DNA from: Altibacter sp. | Lineage (GTDB): Bacteria > Bacteroidota > Bacteroidia > Flavobacteriales > Flavobacteriaceae | NCBI RefSeq assembly: GCF_019913785.1 | Contig: NZ_JAIOHK010000060.1 | Span: 1,826-65,825, forward strand | Length of the DNA: 64,000 nucleotides | Direction: 5' to 3' | Shown: piece after piece, positions 17,545 through 27,210 of the stretch | Layout of the letters: each line of letters opens with the position of its first letter | Numbering within the stretch: position 1 is the first letter of the stretch | Position numbers and translations under genes: made by a program | The notes under the pieces: model-generated | Seen by the model: only the letters and a program-made list of their open reading frames with translations | Databases searched by the model: none | What the model was told of the DNA's origin: nothing

Positions 17545-17932
17545 GTTTTCTTTTTAGGTACTTGTAGAACAGAAGGGCAAAAAACAAGGTGATTCCGATT
17601 CTGAAAAACAAGGCGCCAATTGTTTTGGTTTCATATAAACCACCACTATTTATATGAAAAAACAAACCAATTACAGCAATTATTAAAACCACTACAGAAA
17701 CAATTAATATTTTGTAAGCTACTTTATTCATTTTAAAGAATTCATAAACAGCGATGAGGTAGAGAAGACTGCAAATTAAATTTGCCCAAACGACAAAAGG
17801 TACATAGTTGCCTTCTTTGGCTCTAATGCCAAACCAATCAAAAATCACAGAACTACTTAAGAATAAGGTGAGCAAAGCAAATAGTGCTAAGGCAATCGCA
17901 CTTACAGTATGGACAGTTTTTTTAGTTTTCAT
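17537..17932 (-). CDS. four-TM membrane protein, unknown function
   Basis: 131 aa with four hydrophobic helices. Overlaps the LOG gene by 4 nt and the OMPLA-like gene by 8 nt, which suggests translational coupling. Confidence 0.5.
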   Translation of the reverse strand: MKTKKTVHTVSAIALALFALLTLFLSSSVIFDWFGIRAKEGNYVPFVVWANLICSLLYLIAVYEFFKMNKVAYKILIVSVVVLIIAVIGLFFHINSGGLYETKTIGALFFRIGITLFFALLFYKYLKRKHD

Positions 17933-18687
17933 TTGGCGATTGATTTATTATTAGATTCTCCAAGCCACCATTTTGGCTTTATATGTTTTCTAACTAATTT
18001 GAATTTTTTTATGGCATGTGTTTCTATATGAGTAATTAAATCTTCCACAGAATCGGTTACAAAAAGCAGTTGCATGTCTTCCGGACTGATACTTTCTCTT
18101 TCTGCCATAATTTGAATATGTTCACATAATTCCTTGTGGTATTCGGAATCAAAAATAACTACTGGGAAATCCTCAATGACTTTTGTCTGTATCAAGGTTA
18201 ATGCTTCAAAGAGCTCATCGAGCGTACCGATACCTCCGGGCATGACTACAAAAGCGTACGAATATTTTACCAAAATTACTTTTCGCAGAAAAAAGTAAGG
18301 AATGTCAATCCACTTATGGAGATATGGATTTGGTTTTTGTTCAAAGGGTAGAATTATATTACAACCCACAGAATACCCCCCTGACTCATAAGCGCCCTTA
18401 TTGGCGGCTTCCATAATACCTGGGCCGCCACCTGTCATCACGGTAAACCCCAATTTTGAAAGTTCAGCTCCTATTCTCTCTGCATTTATATAATGTTCAG
18501 AATCGTTTGTAAATCGAGCAGAGCCAAAAACAGTCACACAGGGACCAATAAAATGCATTTTCCTAAAGGCTTTTATAAAGTTGAAAAACACCTTAAATGC
18601 AAAGGTAAATTCGTTAAAACGTGATAACGGACCGCGTACGAATAAAGATTCGTCCTTTGAAAGCTTAAATTTTTGTCGTCTTTCCAT
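17929..18687 (-). CDS. LOG family (TIGR00730) Rossmann-fold nucleotide-binding protein
   Basis: GGGPGIMEAANKGA and PGGIGTLDELFE signature motifs. Confidence 0.8.
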   Translation of the reverse strand: MERRQKFKLSKDESLFVRGPLSRFNEFTFAFKVFFNFIKAFRKMHFIGPCVTVFGSARFTNDSEHYINAERIGAELSKLGFTVMTGGGPGIMEAANKGAYESGGYSVGCNIILPFEQKPNPYLHKWIDIPYFFLRKVILVKYSYAFVVMPGGIGTLDELFEALTLIQTKVIEDFPVVIFDSEYHKELCEHIQIMAERESISPEDMQLLFVTDSVEDLITHIETHAIKKFKLVRKHIKPKWWLGESNNKSIAK

Positions 18688-18692
18688 AACTT

Positions 18693-19814
18693 CTAATTTG
18701 TCTTCTTATAACTCCAAACAGCCAGACCATTCATTACAAATGCAAAAACGGTAATAACAGAGAGTTGATAAATCACATCTATAAAACCGGAACCCTTCAG
18801 CATAACCATTCGAATTACTTCCACATAGTATCGAATAGGATTTAAAAGTGTTAGTTTTTGAGCCCAAGGTGGCATGCTTTCGATAGGTGTAAACAATCCA
18901 CTCATTAAAATAAAAATTACCATTAAAAACCATGCAATAAACATTGCCTGTTGCTGAGTTTCGGTGAAATTCGAAATAAAGAGCCCAAGACCTAAGATGA
19001 GTAGTATATATACTGCCGTGAATACGTAAATAAGTCCGATACTTCCAACAATGGGTACACTGAATACGATTTTGGCGATCACTAGCCCAACCGTTAAAAG
19101 CACCATTCCCAATACCCAAAACGGAAACAATTTACCAATGATAAATTGGCTTTTTCTAATAGGAGTGACGTTAATTTGCTCGAGAGTTCCTATCTCTTTT
19201 TCACGAACAATGTTCATTCCCGAAAGAAATAGTGTAATCATCGTTACTAATAACACCAATATCCCCGGAACCATGAATGTTTTATAATTCAGGGTATTAT
19301 TGTACCAAAACGCGGGGATGGCGAGGATATTAATTGGCCTTGCCACTTGATGGTCTGTTAGAGATAGACTTGCACTTAGGTGTTGATTGTATTCTCTAAT
19401 AATCTGGTTGATATACACGTTTTCAATGCCTGCTTTTGCCCCGTCAATGGCGTTGGTATAGACTGCGAGTTCGGCCTTTTTGTTCTTCACCAGATCTCTT
19501 TCAAAGTGCCTCGGAATATCTAAAATAACATCCACGGCGCCTTTTTCCATCGCTTGATCGGCTAGCTCTTTTGAAGTAAAATGTTCCAGTACATCAAAGT
19601 AGTTGGATGCTTCAAATTTGCTGATAAGTCCTCTCGAAGTTGAGGTTCTGTCGTTATCGATAAAGGAAAATTTAATATTTTTAACATCAAACGTAGCGGC
19701 ATTGGAGAGGATAAGCAACTGAATTAACGGCAACACAAAAATGATAGGCAACATGGCTTTGTTCCTGAATATTTGCAGAAATTCTTTTTGAACGATATAG
19801 CTTATAATTCGCAT
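18693..19814 (-). CDS. ABC-2 type transporter permease
   Basis: 373 aa. N-terminal TM, a large periplasmic loop and 5 C-terminal TMs, as in YbhR/YbhS-like proteins. Confidence 0.75.
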   Translation of the reverse strand: MRIISYIVQKEFLQIFRNKAMLPIIFVLPLIQLLILSNAATFDVKNIKFSFIDNDRTSTSRGLISKFEASNYFDVLEHFTSKELADQAMEKGAVDVILDIPRHFERDLVKNKKAELAVYTNAIDGAKAGIENVYINQIIREYNQHLSASLSLTDHQVARPINILAIPAFWYNNTLNYKTFMVPGILVLLVTMITLFLSGMNIVREKEIGTLEQINVTPIRKSQFIIGKLFPFWVLGMVLLTVGLVIAKIVFSVPIVGSIGLIYVFTAVYILLILGLGLFISNFTETQQQAMFIAWFLMVIFILMSGLFTPIESMPPWAQKLTLLNPIRYYVEVIRMVMLKGSGFIDVIYQLSVITVFAFVMNGLAVWSYKKTN

Positions 19815-20920
19815 TATTCTAATCGGATTTTATATTTCTTCACACTCAACACGATAAAAAAGACTGTCATTCCCAATAAAATTAGCGTTTCCTTCCACAG
19901 AAATTGTAGTCCAACACCTTTCAACATAATACCTTTTAAAATCACAATAAACCACTTGGCCGGGATGATATTGCTAATATATTGCAGCGGCAAAGGCATA
20001 CTTGAAATAGGAAAAATAAATTCCGAAAGTAGAATTACAGGGAGCATCAGACCCATTAGGGAGATCATCATTGCAGTTTGCTGCGTTTGGGAAATCGTCG
20101 AAATTAATATACCCAGAGATAATGCGGTAACTATAAAAAGGATCGTTTCAAAAGCGAGTAAAAGGTAACTTCCTTCGATGGGCATTTCAAAAACAAGAAA
20201 TCCAAGAACCAGAATCACCAAAGCATTGATAATTGATAAAAAGATATAAGGAAATACCTTGCCAATAATTACCTGAAAAGGTTTTAGAGGTGAAACGAGA
20301 AGTATTTCCATAGTTCCCAATTCCTTTTCTCTCGTAATCGAAATGGAAGTCATCATGGCAGAAACCAGCATTAATATGACCGTCATTACACCCGGGACAA
20401 AATTAAAAACACCCTTGAGTTCGGGGTTGTATTGTAATTGTGTTTGTACGCTAATTTGATATGGAATTCTAGCGTTTTTGTTTAAAAGCTGCTGATGATT
20501 TTGCAGGATAGACTGAACATAATTGGAAATAGTATTCGCCGTATTTGGATCGGTGGCATCGGTGATAATTTGAACATTGGCAAGTTTTTTGATTTCTAAT
20601 TTTTCAGCAAAATTTGATTCAAAGACTAGTATGGCCTTGACTTTTCCTTTTTTGAGAACCGTTTCTATATGTTTTTCTGACAGTACTTCAGTTTCGATAT
20701 TAAAATAGGGTGAGGCATTTATTTTTTGAATGATCTTCCTTGTTTCGTTGTCTTTCGAATTGTCCAAAATGGCGATTTCCACATTGTTAATTTCGTTGGT
20801 TATCGCAAATCCGAAGAGCAATATTTGTACGATAGGCATACCAAAAAGTATGAACATAGAGCGCTTATCCCGAAATATGTGGAAGAACTCCTTTCTGACA
20901 AAACCTATAAATCGCTTCAT
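19814..20920 (-). CDS. ABC-2 type transporter permease
   Basis: 368 aa, same architecture as the paralogue downstream. Confidence 0.75.
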   Translation of the reverse strand: MKRFIGFVRKEFFHIFRDKRSMFILFGMPIVQILLFGFAITNEINNVEIAILDNSKDNETRKIIQKINASPYFNIETEVLSEKHIETVLKKGKVKAILVFESNFAEKLEIKKLANVQIITDATDPNTANTISNYVQSILQNHQQLLNKNARIPYQISVQTQLQYNPELKGVFNFVPGVMTVILMLVSAMMTSISITREKELGTMEILLVSPLKPFQVIIGKVFPYIFLSIINALVILVLGFLVFEMPIEGSYLLLAFETILFIVTALSLGILISTISQTQQTAMMISLMGLMLPVILLSEFIFPISSMPLPLQYISNIIPAKWFIVILKGIMLKGVGLQFLWKETLILLGMTVFFIVLSVKKYKIRLE

Positions 20921-20935
20921 TTTTGAGCTTTCAGT

Positions 20936-21712
20936 TTATTCAACATTACGGGCAAGTTTTAGGAATACGCCGTCCATTGAATTAGTGTTGTACTGCTTTT
21001 TTAATTTCTTGGGGCTGTCGAGTGCCTCAATTTCTCCTTCCGCCATAATGGAAACACGGTCGCAATATTCGGCTTCGTCCATATAATGAGTGGTTACAAA
21101 AATGGTTGTGCCTTTATCGGCTTCAGCGTAAATTAATTCCCAAAATTGCCGACGTGTAATAGGATCCACACCGCCTGTAGGTTCATCTAGGAATACTATT
21201 TTTGGTTCGTGCAAAAGGGAGATCGAAAAAGCGAGTTTTTGTTTCCAGCCAAGCGGTAGGGATTTTACCAGTTTTTTTGATTCTTTCTGTAATCCTAAGC
21301 TTTCAATTAATCGCGCCGATTTTTGCCTAATCTGGTCTCTGCTCAATCCATAGATACCTCCAAAAAAATTGATGTTTTCCCGAATCGTCAAGTCGTCATA
21401 TAGGGAGAACCGCTGGCTCATATATCCTATACTTTTTTTGACCTTTTCGGTTTGGGTTGCAACATCCAATCCGGCAACGGTTGAAGATCCACTCGTTGGT
21501 TTTGAGATACCGATCAACATTTTCATGGCAGTTGTTTTTCCGGCGCCATTTGCTCCGAGAAAACCAAAAATTTCTCCCTTATAAACATCAAAAGAGATGT
21601 TCTTAACTGCCGTAAAATCGCCAAACATTTTGGTGAGATTTTGAACCGAGATGATCTTTTCAGTTTTCAATTGCTTCAGATTTAAAAGTTGATGCCAAAT
21701 CCATAAATACAT
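20936..21712 (-). CDS. ABC transporter ATP-binding protein
   Basis: Walker A GANGAGKTT, signature LPLGWKQKL, Walker B IVFLDEP. The start is uncertain: ATG 21712 overlaps the upstream ATPase by 53 nt, and TTG 21670 is an alternative. Confidence 0.8.
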   Translation of the reverse strand: MYLWIWHQLLNLKQLKTEKIISVQNLTKMFGDFTAVKNISFDVYKGEIFGFLGANGAGKTTAMKMLIGISKPTSGSSTVAGLDVATQTEKVKKSIGYMSQRFSLYDDLTIRENINFFGGIYGLSRDQIRQKSARLIESLGLQKESKKLVKSLPLGWKQKLAFSISLLHEPKIVFLDEPTGGVDPITRRQFWELIYAEADKGTTIFVTTHYMDEAEYCDRVSIMAEGEIEALDSPKKLKKQYNTNSMDGVFLKLARNVE

Positions 21713-22589
21713 CTTCTATGGTTGTAACTGCGGTATGTATATCAACGTTCTTGTGATTATTCTGAAGTAAATACGCTCGTAATTCTTCTGGTGAAAAACT
21801 AGATTTTGAATCTGTATAATGAATAAATTCTCCAAATGCATACACCGCCTCCTGCGTTGGGAATCTTTTCAAATCCTGAATCAGTCTATACGTATTCTCG
21901 GCGCTCACGTTGTAGATTATTTTTTGGTGCCTGTCGACAATGTTTTGAGGACTATCTACTTCCAGTAGCTTTCCGTGTTGTATCAATGCAATTCGATCAC
22001 ACAAGGCGGCTTCGTCCATATAGGGAGTTGAAACCAAAATAGTGATTCCGTGTTTATTAAGTCGTTTCAGCATATCCCAGAATTCTTTACGGGAAACTGG
22101 ATCGACTCCGGTTGTAGGCTCATCCAGAAATAGTACTTTGGGTTTGTGAATTAAAGCACAGCACAGGGCTAGTTTTTGCTTCATTCCTCCCGAAAGTTTT
22201 CCCGCCCGCCGATCTTTGAACGGCTCAATTTGGATATAAATATCTTTAATGAGCTCGTAATTTTCTTCAACGGTAGTTCCAAAAATAGTGGCGAAGAAAT
22301 TGAGATTCTCCAAGACGGTTAAGTCCTGATACAATGAAAACCGGCCGGGCATATACCCAACCGATTCTCGTATGCGCTTATACTCTTTCACGACCTCCAT
22401 ATTGGCAACTTTGGCCACACCTTCATCGGCAATTAGAAGGGTGGTAAGTATTCTGAATAGGGTTGTTTTTCCCGCGCCATCGGGACCTATAAGCCCAAAA
22501 AGTTCACCCTCATTTACCTCAAAAGAAATAGCATCTAGCGCCTTTATTTTGTCGTAGGATTTACTTAGGTTATGGACAGAAATACTCAC
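21660..22589 (-). CDS. ABC transporter ATP-binding protein
   Basis: Walker A GPDGAGKTT, signature LSGGMKQKL, Walker B VLFLDEP. Confidence 0.85.
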   Translation of the reverse strand: MSISVHNLSKSYDKIKALDAISFEVNEGELFGLIGPDGAGKTTLFRILTTLLIADEGVAKVANMEVVKEYKRIRESVGYMPGRFSLYQDLTVLENLNFFATIFGTTVEENYELIKDIYIQIEPFKDRRAGKLSGGMKQKLALCCALIHKPKVLFLDEPTTGVDPVSRKEFWDMLKRLNKHGITILVSTPYMDEAALCDRIALIQHGKLLEVDSPQNIVDRHQKIIYNVSAENTYRLIQDLKRFPTQEAVYAFGEFIHYTDSKSSFSPEELRAYLLQNNHKNVDIHTAVTTIEDVFMDLASTFKSEAIEN

Positions 22590-22607
22590 TTGTTTCGGGA
22601 TTTGATG

Positions 22608-23066
22608 TTAAGATTCGGTTTCGATTTTCGGAATCATCGTAACCTTCGATTTTACTGAATTTGTAATCAAACAGGCAGCTTCCGATTTTTCTAATACCTT
22701 TAAGGCTCTTTCACGGTCTTCTTCTCTTTTAATCACGACAGTTGGTTCAAGAATTACTTCAGACATTAGGTATTTTCTGTCAATTTGATCCAATATCCCT
22801 TTGGACTTACAACTAAAACTTACAAAGTCCAATTTCGAATTTTCAGCAATTGCCAAAAAAGTAGTCATTAAGCAGCTACTAACAGCAGCCGTGAACAAAT
22901 GTTCTGGCGACCAAATATATGGCATCCCTTTTGGGAATTGAGGCGGTGTAGCGACTTCAATACAGTTTGCGGATGGTGCGTTGGTCGGGTTTAATTCGGG
23001 AGAACACATTATCCCTTTGCGTTCTTTGTTCCATGTGATATCGACATTATATATATGTTTTTCCAT
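22608..23066 (-). CDS. OsmC/Ohr family peroxiredoxin-like protein
   Basis: 152 aa. Two conserved Cys contexts (AVSSCLMTTF, SEAACLITNS) typical of the OsmC fold. Confidence 0.65.
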   Translation of the reverse strand: MEKHIYNVDITWNKERKGIMCSPELNPTNAPSANCIEVATPPQFPKGMPYIWSPEHLFTAAVSSCLMTTFLAIAENSKLDFVSFSCKSKGILDQIDRKYLMSEVILEPTVVIKREEDRERALKVLEKSEAACLITNSVKSKVTMIPKIETES

Positions 23067-23082
23067 GATTTATGGGTATAAA

Positions 23083-23580
23083 CTATTTGAAATAATTGGA
23101 ATAGGCTTCTAGGTTTTCGATGATGCTTTCGACAATTTGATTTCCTTCATCTGTAGTCGAAACCTGTAAGAGCCCATCTATCTTTTCGATAAGCGGATGT
23201 AAGAAAATATGCAGGTTGTCGTGAGAGGGTCCAGTCATTGTACATTCCTTTACGACATAGTTTTTTTCTTCGTTTAGTTTTGCAGCCAGATCGTGATAGT
23301 CTTCTACAGTTTTTGGATCGCTTTGTTTTATCATACCGAGCATATTATCGACACCTTCGTTTGTTTCCAGATTTGCCACCCATTTCGCACCATTGTCGAG
23401 TGCTATCTCATTCACCCAGTTGTTGTTAAACGAATGTGAGGTTTTCAGATCAGTTTCCTCATGTTCATGAACCACTTCCGATGCTTCAACGGCTTCATGT
23501 TTCTCTTGTTTTTCTTGTTTTTCGTTACAGCTTACTAATAAAGCTGCTAGGATTGCTGTTGTAAAAATTACTTTTTTCAT
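23083..23580 (-). CDS. lipoprotein, unknown function (His/Glu-rich N-terminal linker)
   Basis: Lipobox LLVSC. No family recognised. Confidence 0.4.
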   Translation of the reverse strand: MKKVIFTTAILAALLVSCNEKQEKQEKHEAVEASEVVHEHEETDLKTSHSFNNNWVNEIALDNGAKWVANLETNEGVDNMLGMIKQSDPKTVEDYHDLAAKLNEEKNYVVKECTMTGPSHDNLHIFLHPLIEKIDGLLQVSTTDEGNQIVESIIENLEAYSNYFK

Positions 23581-23646
23581 AATGTATTATTTAGAATTTG
23601 TATTTGTTTTTATTTTAAGTTTCAGCGCGTGATTGCTTTAATCTTT

Positions 23647-24540
23647 CTATTCACTGTTCACACTAATCCACATTTCTGCTGGCATGCCAATTTTCAGGCT
23701 TCCATCGTTTTGTACGCGGACCTTTACCGCATAGACCAGGTTGACACGTTCCTCTTTGGTCTGAATTATTTTTGGAGTAAATTCGGCGGTTGAGGAAATC
23801 CAGAACACCGTACCTTCATAGGATTTCATTTCATTTTCAGTATCTATTTTGACCGTTACCGTCTGACCTTGATTAAGTCCGGCGAGTTGCGTTTCACTCA
23901 CATAAACACGTAGTGTCATCTCATTTAAATTTGCCAATTTGTAAATGGGTCTGCCAAAAGAAGTTACTTCACCCGCTTCGGTAAATTTTGTTAGAACAGT
24001 TCCGGCTATAGGATTCTTGATATTACTTTTCTTTATTTGGTCGTCAATTTGTGCGACTTTCGCCTTAATAGATTTCAGTTCGTTAACTATTGGTGCGTTT
24101 TGCGTTTCAACATTTTTTATTTGCTTCTTTAGCACACTCACCCGGCTGCTGGCTTCATCAGCTTGTCGTTGGGTTGCCGCATTTTCTGCAAACATTCCAT
24201 CTACTCGATCTTGCTCTGTTATCGCAGTTTTCAGCTGCTCTTCCAGAATGCCAATTTGTGACCAAACAGTACCAGATTTCGAAGCGATCGTAGTCATAGT
24301 TGCCTGTAGTTGACGCTTCGTTAAGTGAAGTTGCAGTGTGTCAATAAGCCCAACAATGGCATCCTTTTCTAAGAGGTCACCTTCCTCTACATTTAGAAAT
24401 TCAATTTTTCCGTTTGCTTCAGAAGAAACCGTGATTTCTGTTGCTTCAAAATTTCCATAACCATCGGCCTTTTCGCCATTAGTACAGGATAAAAAACTTC
24501 CGAAGATTATACCAAAAATTAATATTGTCGCTTTTTTCAT
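23647..24540 (-). CDS. HlyD-family membrane fusion (periplasmic adaptor) protein
   Basis: Lipoyl-like hairpin, a long coiled coil and a beta-barrel. The position between TolC and the ABC genes supports the call. Confidence 0.8.
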   Translation of the reverse strand: MKKATILIFGIIFGSFLSCTNGEKADGYGNFEATEITVSSEANGKIEFLNVEEGDLLEKDAIVGLIDTLQLHLTKRQLQATMTTIASKSGTVWSQIGILEEQLKTAITEQDRVDGMFAENAATQRQADEASSRVSVLKKQIKNVETQNAPIVNELKSIKAKVAQIDDQIKKSNIKNPIAGTVLTKFTEAGEVTSFGRPIYKLANLNEMTLRVYVSETQLAGLNQGQTVTVKIDTENEMKSYEGTVFWISSTAEFTPKIIQTKEERVNLVYAVKVRVQNDGSLKIGMPAEMWISVNSE

Positions 24541-24552
24541 TTGTCCTTTTTT

Positions 24553-25815
24553 TTATTCTGAAACCCCTTTAACTACCAAATAGTTTGCAGTTGTTAGGCC
24601 TAATTGGATTTCGTGTATTTGCTGATCTGTCTTTGCCTCATAGAGCATATTAAAATCGATAATATATTGTGAAGCGGTTATAACACCGTGTCTAAGCTGT
24701 GAGTTGGAAGCATCCAACACCTTTTCTCTTAAATTGATAATTTGAGAGTCGGTTAAAATGAGTTGCAGGTATTTATTTCGGTCATTTTCCAGCTCTTTCA
24801 ATTGAATTTCATTGTTTAAATTGAACGTTTCCCTTTCCGTATTAATTAATTGCTGTGAAATTGTTAATACCTTATCCTTTTCCTTTGTTTTACCCCAATC
24901 GAAAATATTCCAGTGGAGTTTAATACCCGCCATATAGAAATCTTGAAACGAATTATCCAGCATATTTAAACCTGGATTTCCATAACCGACTTGAGCAAAA
25001 CCCATGACTTTTGGATATTTTAATTTTGAATTCACTTCTTTAGAGGCTTCGATTTCTTGTTCTTTCAATTCAAATAATTTGAGTTCTGGCCTCTTTGATT
25101 TTGCTTCGAAACTAAGTGTAGATATGGGTTGACTTAAAATTATATCGTCGTCAAATGTCATGTTGATTAAACTAGATAGGTTGTCAAGGGCTTTCTTTCT
25201 GTCGAAATTGGCTTGTGAGATTTGTTGCTCAATTTTAAGAAGTTCAGCTTCTATTATTTGCCCTGCTGAAGCAAGTACAGCACCGAATTTAATTCCCGAA
25301 TTGACTTCTGCTAACCTTAGTGCTAGCTGTTCTTTTTTTGTATTGAGTAGTTCAAGGTGTTTCTGAAACAGCAATGTGCCAAAATAGTATTGATTGATTC
25401 TGCTTTTTAATTGATAGAGATTTACAACTACTTGTTGTTGCTGACTTTGCAATTCGGCGGTTTTCAATTGGGTGGTTGCCGCAATGATTCCGCCGTTGTA
25501 AATAAGCTGATTGGCGTCTAAAGTAGCGCGATATTGATCCTTATTTGGAGCTTCAATTGTTACATTTGGCAGTTGTAAAGGAAATTCAATAACATCTGAT
25601 TGATAGGTTGCCTGTGCGTTTAGATCAAGTTTGGGGTATTGTTCTTTTTTGATCGTATTAATTTCGGAGTCGATTTTATTTTTTAATAAATCGCTTTGTT
25701 GTGCTAAGGGATAATTCTTTTCAGCCAAATCATAACAGGTATCCAAATCCAATACTTGCTGTGCGTGTAGAAGTAGCGGGGATATTAATACTATTAGAAA
25801 TAAAAACTTTTTCAT
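24553..25815 (-). CDS. TolC-family outer membrane efflux protein
   Basis: 420 aa. Signal peptide and a two-repeat structure with coiled-coil segments. Confidence 0.8.
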   Translation of the reverse strand: MKKFLFLIVLISPLLLHAQQVLDLDTCYDLAEKNYPLAQQSDLLKNKIDSEINTIKKEQYPKLDLNAQATYQSDVIEFPLQLPNVTIEAPNKDQYRATLDANQLIYNGGIIAATTQLKTAELQSQQQQVVVNLYQLKSRINQYYFGTLLFQKHLELLNTKKEQLALRLAEVNSGIKFGAVLASAGQIIEAELLKIEQQISQANFDRKKALDNLSSLINMTFDDDIILSQPISTLSFEAKSKRPELKLFELKEQEIEASKEVNSKLKYPKVMGFAQVGYGNPGLNMLDNSFQDFYMAGIKLHWNIFDWGKTKEKDKVLTISQQLINTERETFNLNNEIQLKELENDRNKYLQLILTDSQIINLREKVLDASNSQLRHGVITASQYIIDFNMLYEAKTDQQIHEIQLGLTTANYLVVKGVSE

Positions 25816-25820
25816 TTTTC

Positions 25821-26417
25821 TTATATTTTGATAGAATCGATAATCTGGTCGGCGATTAAAGTCTTTCGCTCTTCCATAAGTGCTTCGAATTCTTCTTCGG
25901 AAATATTCAGCAAACCCTTTACCATCACAGGGGCGACAAAAGGAAAGGCAGAAAGTGCGAAAATATTCAAGAGCACTTGTTTCGGATTTATTTGTCTTAT
26001 AGTTCCGGCGGCAATTTCTTTGTTAAGTTGATCGATAAAAGGTTGTGGATTTGGTTTTCCGTCATGACTCATAAATTCTACGGCAAAATCTGGATTGTTA
26101 TTGAGCTCTTGAATTATAAATGATGGCAAGTATGGATTTTCTACTACAAAATCTATATAGTCTGCCGTAAACCATCGAATCTTTTCGAAAATTCCTTCAG
26201 TTCCACTAAATATGGCATTCAACTGAGGTGCTAGCTTTCCAAAGGCTTGCATAAATACAGCTCGAAATAGTTGCTGCTTATTCTTGTAATAATAGTGTAG
26301 CATCGCCTTATTGATGGCCGCTTCATCTGCTATTTCTTGCATGCGGGCTCCGGCATATCCACTTCTGTGAAATACATTTTTGGCAGCAACGAGTATTTGT
26401 TCTTCTGTCGATATCAT
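25821..26417 (-). CDS. TetR/AcrR family transcriptional regulator
   Basis: N-terminal HTH (ILVAAKNVFHRSGYAGARMQEIADEAAINKAMLHYYYKNKQQLF). Confidence 0.85.
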   Translation of the reverse strand: MISTEEQILVAAKNVFHRSGYAGARMQEIADEAAINKAMLHYYYKNKQQLFRAVFMQAFGKLAPQLNAIFSGTEGIFEKIRWFTADYIDFVVENPYLPSFIIQELNNNPDFAVEFMSHDGKPNPQPFIDQLNKEIAAGTIRQINPKQVLLNIFALSAFPFVAPVMVKGLLNISEEEFEALMEERKTLIADQIIDSIKI

Positions 26418-26419
26418 AA

Positions 26420-26449
26420 TTAACTAAATGGTTTAACCAAATGGTTAAC
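26420..26449. promoter_or_regulatory. putative TetR operator: two overlapping palindromes
   Basis: TTAACTAAATGGTTTAA overlaps TTAACCAAATGGTTAA (a perfect 7-2-7 palindrome). Both lie immediately upstream of the tetR start codon. Confidence 0.5.
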
Positions 26450-26574
26450 AAAGATAAAAAAAATATTGTTCTTTTCATCTTTTAAAAAATAATAATAATA
26501 GTGGAACTTTCTAACTAGCAATACTATTCAAAAAAATTCAAGCAAAATATACGGTACATCTCCCTTTAAAAAGC

Positions 26575-26586
26575 TGATAATTATCA
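26575..26586. promoter_or_regulatory. FNR/FixK-like box TGATAATTATCA (distal hsp20 box)
   Basis: Centre is 123.5 nt upstream of hsp20. Confidence 0.5.
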
Positions 26587-26621
26587 GTTGACATTCTTCG
26601 TTTGTAAACGCCAATGGAAAC

Positions 26622-26633
26622 TGATGGATGTCA
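26622..26633. promoter_or_regulatory. FNR/FixK-like box TGATGGATGTCA (proximal hsp20 box)
   Basis: Centre is 76.5 nt upstream of hsp20. Confidence 0.55.
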
Positions 26634-26703
26634 TAGTTTTCAATAGAGTTTCTCTGTATTTTTATGTTTAAGTAACTGAGTATTAACAAATAATTAAAAT
26701 GCT

Positions 26704-27147
26704 ATGTCACTTATTAAATTAAACCGAAGAAGATTTCCTTGGCTAAATGATGCGGTGCCCTCTTGGTTGGACACCGATGAATTTTTAGGAGATGATTTTT
26801 TTCTAACCGAAAGAAACATACCCGCGATGAATGTCAAGGAGCATGAAACCAATTTTGAGATCGAGTTGGCCGTACCTGGTTTTTCTAAAGACGAAATCGA
26901 AGTGGTTTTGGAAAATGACCTTTTACAAGTAAGCGCTAAAAAAAGCGAAGAAAAAAAGGAAGACAAAGAAGGATACAGTCGTAAGGAGTTTAGCTACAAT
27001 CAGTTTGAGAGAAAATTACAACTTCCTTCGAATGTTGATCCTTCAGAAAAGGTGAAAGCCGTTTACAACAATGGAATTTTAAAGCTTGAACTTCGAAAAA
27101 TTAAAGAAGCAAAGGCTACTCCTAAAAAAATAATCCAAATAGATTAA
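26704..27147 (+). CDS. Hsp20/alpha-crystallin small heat-shock protein
   Basis: Alpha-crystallin domain (PAMNVKEHETNFEIELAVPGFSKDEIEVVLENDLLQVSAKK ... AVYNNGILKLELRK). Confidence 0.85.
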   Translation: MSLIKLNRRRFPWLNDAVPSWLDTDEFLGDDFFLTERNIPAMNVKEHETNFEIELAVPGFSKDEIEVVLENDLLQVSAKKSEEKKEDKEGYSRKEFSYNQFERKLQLPSNVDPSEKVKAVYNNGILKLELRKIKEAKATPKKIIQID

Positions 27148-27155
27148 CCTATTGT

Positions 27156-27195
27156 GAAAAGCAGGAGATGAATGAGGAGTCGTTCTCTGCTTTTC
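27156..27195 (+). terminator. hairpin downstream of hsp20 (possible terminator/attenuator)
   Basis: GAAAAGCAG ... CTGCTTTTC forms a 9-bp stem. There is no long T-run, so this is uncertain. Confidence 0.35.
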
Positions 27196-27210
27196 TAGAA
27201 TCCTACCATC

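Noticed and set aside
20936-22589. Two adjacent ABC ATPase ORFs overlapping by 53 nt in different frames, considered as a possible frameshifted fused (YbhF-like) double-ATPase pseudogene
   Set aside because: Each ORF has a complete Walker A, signature and Walker B set and a plausible own start (TTG 21670 or ATG 21712). Two separate ATPase genes are a normal arrangement in TolC-HlyD-ABC-2 operons, so there is no evidence of decay.
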